DNA of 40,338 nucleotides from a virus: IMG/VR virus record IMGVR_UViG_3300030438_000023, positions 1 to 40,338 of that record; one strand, 5' to 3'. Shown piece by piece: positions 37,684 to 40,338 of this stretch (position 1 is its first letter; each line of letters starts with the position of its first letter). The notes under the pieces were generated by a model. It saw only the letters and a program-made list of their open reading frames with translations, ran no database searches and was not told where the DNA came from. The position numbers and the translations under genes were made by a program.

Positions 37684-38072
37684 TGGTCTTCCTCAAAAGC
37701 AGCGCGGCCCATTTTTATAAACCGCTCCAGCTTTTCCGGCGGCAATGACAACACAAACTGAATACCGGCCTTCTGCAACTCCGTATAGCCCTCGCCCTCT
37801 GTGGCGGGGGCTTTTTTTACGCCCTCGGTCTTCGGATCGGGGGCTTTTTTTGCGCCCTGCGGCGGCAGGACGGGAAGATCGTCACCGTCCAGCTCGGCAA
37901 GCGTGATGCCGAAATGGTCGGCGATCTTCTGGCGGGTTTTTGGATATGGAATGCACTCTCCGGACTGCCAATTCAAAACGCCCTGGTTACTCGCGCCAAT
38001 TATTTTTGCAAACTTGTACGCGGTGTATTTCTTTTGCTCCATGCAGTAATTGAAGTTTTGAGTAAATGGCAT
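37680..38072 (-). CDS. CI-like repressor (XRE-family HTH)
   Basis: HTH YKFAKIIGASNQGVLNWQSG. Divergent from a strong + strand promoter whose region carries repeated ATACTC/GAGTAT half-sites. Confidence 0.7.
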   Translation of the reverse strand: MPFTQNFNYCMEQKKYTAYKFAKIIGASNQGVLNWQSGECIPYPKTRQKIADHFGITLAELDGDDLPVLPPQGAKKAPDPKTEGVKKAPATEGEGYTELQKAGIQFVLSLPPEKLERFIKMGRAAFEEDQ

Positions 38073-38117
38073 AAATTCAATCCTCTATACTTGTGCAATC
38101 CAACGGTCAAGTCTTTA

Positions 38118-38146
38118 TTGACAAATACTCAAGTCTGGAGTATACT
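38118..38146 (+). promoter_or_regulatory. sigma-70-type promoter (TTGACA-17 nt-TATACT) overlapped by an inverted repeat
   Basis: TTGACA at 38118-38123, a 17-nt spacer, and TATACT at 38141-38146. ATACTC (38125-30) and GAGTAT (38138-43) form an inverted repeat across the spacer and -10. Confidence 0.6.
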
Positions 38147-38284
38147 AAAAACCGTGGACAGGCAATAAAAGACCGAACCACCCCGACAAATCGAGCTGGT
38201 GAGAAACATATAGTTGTCGCAAACTTAGAGTATCACCATTGCTCCAATTTGTCAATAGAATACTCTAATTTTGGAGGTGAAAAA

Positions 38285-38425
38285 GTGAACGCTACTATTA
38301 ACGAACGGTTGGAGAACGCTCTGATCGAGGTTGTTGAGAGGTTTTCGAAACAGAGTTCGACCGCCGCAGAGGTGGAAGCTCTTGCAGCGGTCGCACAGGT
38401 GTTGGCTGATATGCAGAAGGGTTAG
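38285..38425 (+). CDS. small hypothetical protein (46 aa, GTG start)
   Basis: GTG 38285 lies 5 nt after GGAGGTG. The longer track ORF from 38093 would begin inside the promoter. Confidence 0.45.
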   Translation: MNATINERLENALIEVVERFSKQSSTAAEVEALAAVAQVLADMQKG

Positions 38426-38586
38426 TTTTTGCTGTTAGACAGGGTCAACAGGCGGTCGTAGATTTCCTCGAAGAAATCAGCAACATTTTTCCCACCGGCT
38501 TTGTCGGAAGATGTTGTTGAGCTTGTCATTTTGGCGATGACGATTTCTTTTGCGGTATCAAACGCATACTTTTCAACAGAATTCAA
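38422..38586 (-). CDS. small hypothetical protein (54 aa, TTG start)
   Basis: TTG 38586 lies 7 nt after GGGGGTG. The sequence is protein-like (EKYAFDTAKEIVIAKM...FFEEIYDRLL). Convergent with 38285..38425 with a 4-nt overlap. Confidence 0.5.
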   Translation of the reverse strand: MNSVEKYAFDTAKEIVIAKMTSSTTSSDKAGGKNVADFFEEIYDRLLTLSNSKN

Positions 38587-38662
38587 GATTTCACCCCCTT
38601 TCAATACTCCATTTTACCACGCGGGAAGTAAAGGGGGCAATACTTAGAAAGGAGTTAATGAA

Positions 38663-38869
38663 TTGAGTTTTCCTGAAAATCTGGCTCGACTGCAAACTGA
38701 GCGCGGCGAGACGAATTATCGTCTTGCAAAAGAAATCGACGTATCGCAGACGTCGATCAAAAACTGGAAAGAGAGCGTGTGCCACCCGCACCCGCGCCAA
38801 GTCAAGAAGCTGGCAAAGCACTACGGCGTGACCGTGGACGCGCTTCTAAAATCCAGCGACGGGCAGTAA
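38663..38869 (+). CDS. Cro-like XRE-family HTH protein
   Basis: TTG start lies 8 nt after AAAGGAG. HTH NYRLAKEIDVSQTSIKNWKES. Confidence 0.65.
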   Translation: MSFPENLARLQTERGETNYRLAKEIDVSQTSIKNWKESVCHPHPRQVKKLAKHYGVTVDALLKSSDGQ

Positions 38870-38975
38870 AAAATGCCCCGCCCAATGTTGCAGCATCGAG
38901 CGGGGCGGGTGGGACAAATCTCACCACAAGATATTGTGTCCGTGCTTATTGTAGCACGGAAGAAAGGAAAAGGCA

Positions 38976-39125
38976 ATGAGAAAAAAGCCAGAGTACAAAA
39001 TCATTTGGGTCACGCCGCCTGACCCTGTAAAGCTGGGGACGATCATGGGCGAGATTTACGCACGCGGTCGCGGCCTTGAGTTTGTCGGCCTTGTGCCGAA
39101 CGAGAAGAGGGGAGAAAAGGAATGA
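38976..39125 (+). CDS. small hypothetical protein (49 aa)
   Basis: ATG follows GAAAGGAAAAGG. ATGA-type coupling to the next ORF. Confidence 0.4.
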   Translation: MRKKPEYKIIWVTPPDPVKLGTIMGEIYARGRGLEFVGLVPNEKRGEKE

Positions 39126-39208
39126 ACACACTGTTTATCTTTATCGGCATCGGCACCGTGACGCATTGGTTTATGCGGGCGCTGGACAAGCTGGAGGGCA
39201 GGGCATGA
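39122..39208 (+). CDS. very small hydrophobic protein (28 aa)
   Basis: MNTLFIFIGIGTVTHWF.. . Coupled at both ends (ATGA at 39122 and at 39205). Confidence 0.3.
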   Translation: MNTLFIFIGIGTVTHWFMRALDKLEGRA

Positions 39209-39732
39209 GGCGCGACCGACGCACACGCGAGCAGCGCAAGGCCGACGCCTCGGCTCGCATCGCCGCCGTTTGCCTGTTCCTCGCGGCGCTGCTGATCCTC
39301 TTTGCGGTGCTGACGGTCAAAACCACCGGGCAGCCGTACAAGGGCGAGCCGCCGGTCATCGAGGGCAAGCTCCCCGGCGAGGACACGCCCGCAGAAGGAT
39401 GCGCGGAACTTACCATCGGCGAGCCGCTTGGCGAATTTAAGCTGACCGCATATTGCCCATGTGTGAAGTGCTGCGGCAAGACGGACGGCATCACGGCGAC
39501 CGGCACGACCGCCACCGAGGGGCGAACGATTGCAGTTGACCCTCGCGTGATTCCTTACGGCTCCACCGTCACGATCTACTTTGCCGACGGCACGAGCCAT
39601 ACATACACCGCCGAGGACTGCGGCGGCGCGATCAAGGAAAACCGCATCGACGTGTTCTTTGACGACCATCAGGCCGCGCGGGAGTTTGGCGTCCAAACCG
39701 CTTACGTTTATATGGAGGAAAACAATGGATAA
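39205..39732 (+). CDS. 3D-domain (MltA/RlpA-like) protein with N-terminal membrane anchor
   Basis: TM AAVCLFLAALLILFAVL, then FKLTAYCPCVKCCGKTDGITATGTTATEGRTIAVDPRVIPYGS...YTAEDCGGAIKENRIDVFF, typical of 3D domains. Confidence 0.75.
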   Translation: MRRDRRTREQRKADASARIAAVCLFLAALLILFAVLTVKTTGQPYKGEPPVIEGKLPGEDTPAEGCAELTIGEPLGEFKLTAYCPCVKCCGKTDGITATGTTATEGRTIAVDPRVIPYGSTVTIYFADGTSHTYTAEDCGGAIKENRIDVFFDDHQAAREFGVQTAYVYMEENNG

Positions 39733-40338
39733 TTTGAACGGCTACAAAGCCTTTGACCCCGGCATGATCTGCAAAGGGAAACAGTATCAGGAAAACACAG
39801 ACTATGAAGAAGAGGGCGGCAAGATTTGTGAAAAAGGTATGATGCATTATTGCGTTAATCCTTTTGATGTGCTTAATTTTTACCCGCTTGTAAATGATAG
39901 CGGAAAAATCAGCGACTTTGCAGCAGTCGAATCTTTAGAAGAGCCTGTATCGGGTGATGACGGGAAATTTGCCACGAAAAAGCTTCACATTGGCATAAAG
40001 CTTGGCTTGGCAGGATTTGTTAACGCCTGCATCGATTATATCAAGAAAGAAACAATTGTAAACGCGCCAAGCTCAACTGTTGAAAGCGACTCCGCCAAGA
40101 TCGGCAGCAGCGGCGACTACGCTCAGATCGGCAACAGCGGCGACTACGCTCAGATCGGCAGCAGCGGCAACTCCGCCAAGATCGGCAGCAGCGGCAACTA
40201 CGCTCAGATCGGCAACAGCGGCGACTACGCCAAGATCGGCAGCAGCGGCTACTACGCCAAGATCGGCAGCAGCGGCTACTACGCCAAGATCGGCAGCAGC
40301 GGCAACTCCGCCAAGATCGGCAGCAGCGGCGACTACGC
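39725..40338 (+). CDS. 5' part of tandem-repeat protein gene (DUF7666-like N-terminus, as I recall that family), runs off the window end
   Basis: ATG 39725 overlaps the upstream gene by 8 nt. The N-terminus is NGYKAFDPGMICKGKQYQENTDYEEEGGKICEKGMMHYCVNPFDVLNFY. The 27-bp repeats are in frame from 40100. There is no stop before nt 40338, and the frame continues at nt 1. Confidence 0.75.
   Translation, partial: MDNLNGYKAFDPGMICKGKQYQENTDYEEEGGKICEKGMMHYCVNPFDVLNFYPLVNDSGKISDFAAVESLEEPVSGDDGKFATKKLHIGIKLGLAGFVNACIDYIKKETIVNAPSSTVESDSAKIGSSGDYAQIGNSGDYAQIGSSGNSAKIGSSGNYAQIGNSGDYAKIGSSGYYAKIGSSGYYAKIGSSGNSAKIGSSGDY
40100..40338 (+). repeat. 27-bp coding tandem repeat, 8.9 units (first half of the array)
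   Basis: Units IGSSGDYAQ, IGNSGDYAQ, IGSSGNSAK, IGSSGNYAQ, IGNSGDYAK, IGSSGYYAK x2, IGSSGNSAK, and a partial IGSSGDYA. Confidence 0.95.

Noticed and set aside
40100-40338. The regularly spaced 27-bp repeats at both window ends as a CRISPR array
   Set aside because: The units are contiguous with no spacers. They are in frame within a long ORF and vary only at specific codon positions. This is a coding tandem repeat.
40289-40338. The 50-nt end identity as a genuine physical direct terminal repeat of the virion DNA
   Set aside because: It falls inside a tandem array and restores a single ORF. An assembler closing a circular or permuted genome explains it more simply. The PBSX-type TerL also points to headful packaging rather than fixed DTR ends.
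13801-40338. Diversity-generating retroelement, retron or CRISPR-Cas type systems near the fibre genes or tRNA-like genes
   Set aside because: No reverse transcriptase, Cas-like gene or template/variable repeat pair is visible anywhere in the window. The paralogous fibre N-termini (26275 and 26877) differ throughout at the nucleotide level, rather than at adenine-specific positions.

Overview
The window reads as one complete temperate siphovirus-type phage genome. It is GC-rich (high 50s % by eye) with Firmicutes-style GGAGG ribosome-binding sites. It appears to have been assembled as a circle and cut inside a tandem-repeat gene, because nt 1-50 are identical to nt 40289-40338.

Gene order (+ strand unless stated):
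- 384-9601: early, recombination and replication genes. These include a Gp157-like protein, a Rad52/Sak-like annealase, HNH, SSB, a replisome organizer, a DnaC-like loader, a C5-MTase-like protein, ASCH, a Lar-like protein, DUF1064, and many small Cys-rich and HTH proteins.
- 9602-10742: a 1.1-kb ORF-free structured region with two tRNA-like genes.
- 10743-27603: the packaging, head and tail module (TerS, TerL, portal, MuF/gp7-like, scaffold, capsid, connectors, tail tube, chaperone, tape measure, tip and fibre genes).
- 28274-30114: lysis cassette (XhlA-like, DUF2233-like, holin, CHAP endolysin).
- 30152-34160: a self-contained cargo module of composition-biased proteins of unknown function.
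- 34235-38072: a minus-strand lysogeny block (large serine integrase, HTH-TM protein, accessory genes, CI-like repressor).
- 38118-40338, wrapping to 387: the switch region and early leftmost genes, including a 3D-domain protein and a 27-bp-repeat protein.

Most striking observation: the MuF/gp7-like head protein gene (13801-16275) is interrupted by an in-frame intein (14659-15495). The central part of that intein does not look like a known endonuclease. Instead, a complete, SD-preceded HTH plus nuclease-like gene (15396->14734) lies on the opposite strand in exact codon register with the intein frame. I am not aware of a described case of this arrangement.

Other points worth a second look:
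- a low-GC HExxH (anthrax lethal factor-like) C-terminal domain on MuF;
- two paralogous tRNA-like genes with non-canonical anticodon arms;
- a candidate origin inside the replisome organizer gene;
- the uncharacterised cargo module.

All family names come from motif recall. No database search was possible.
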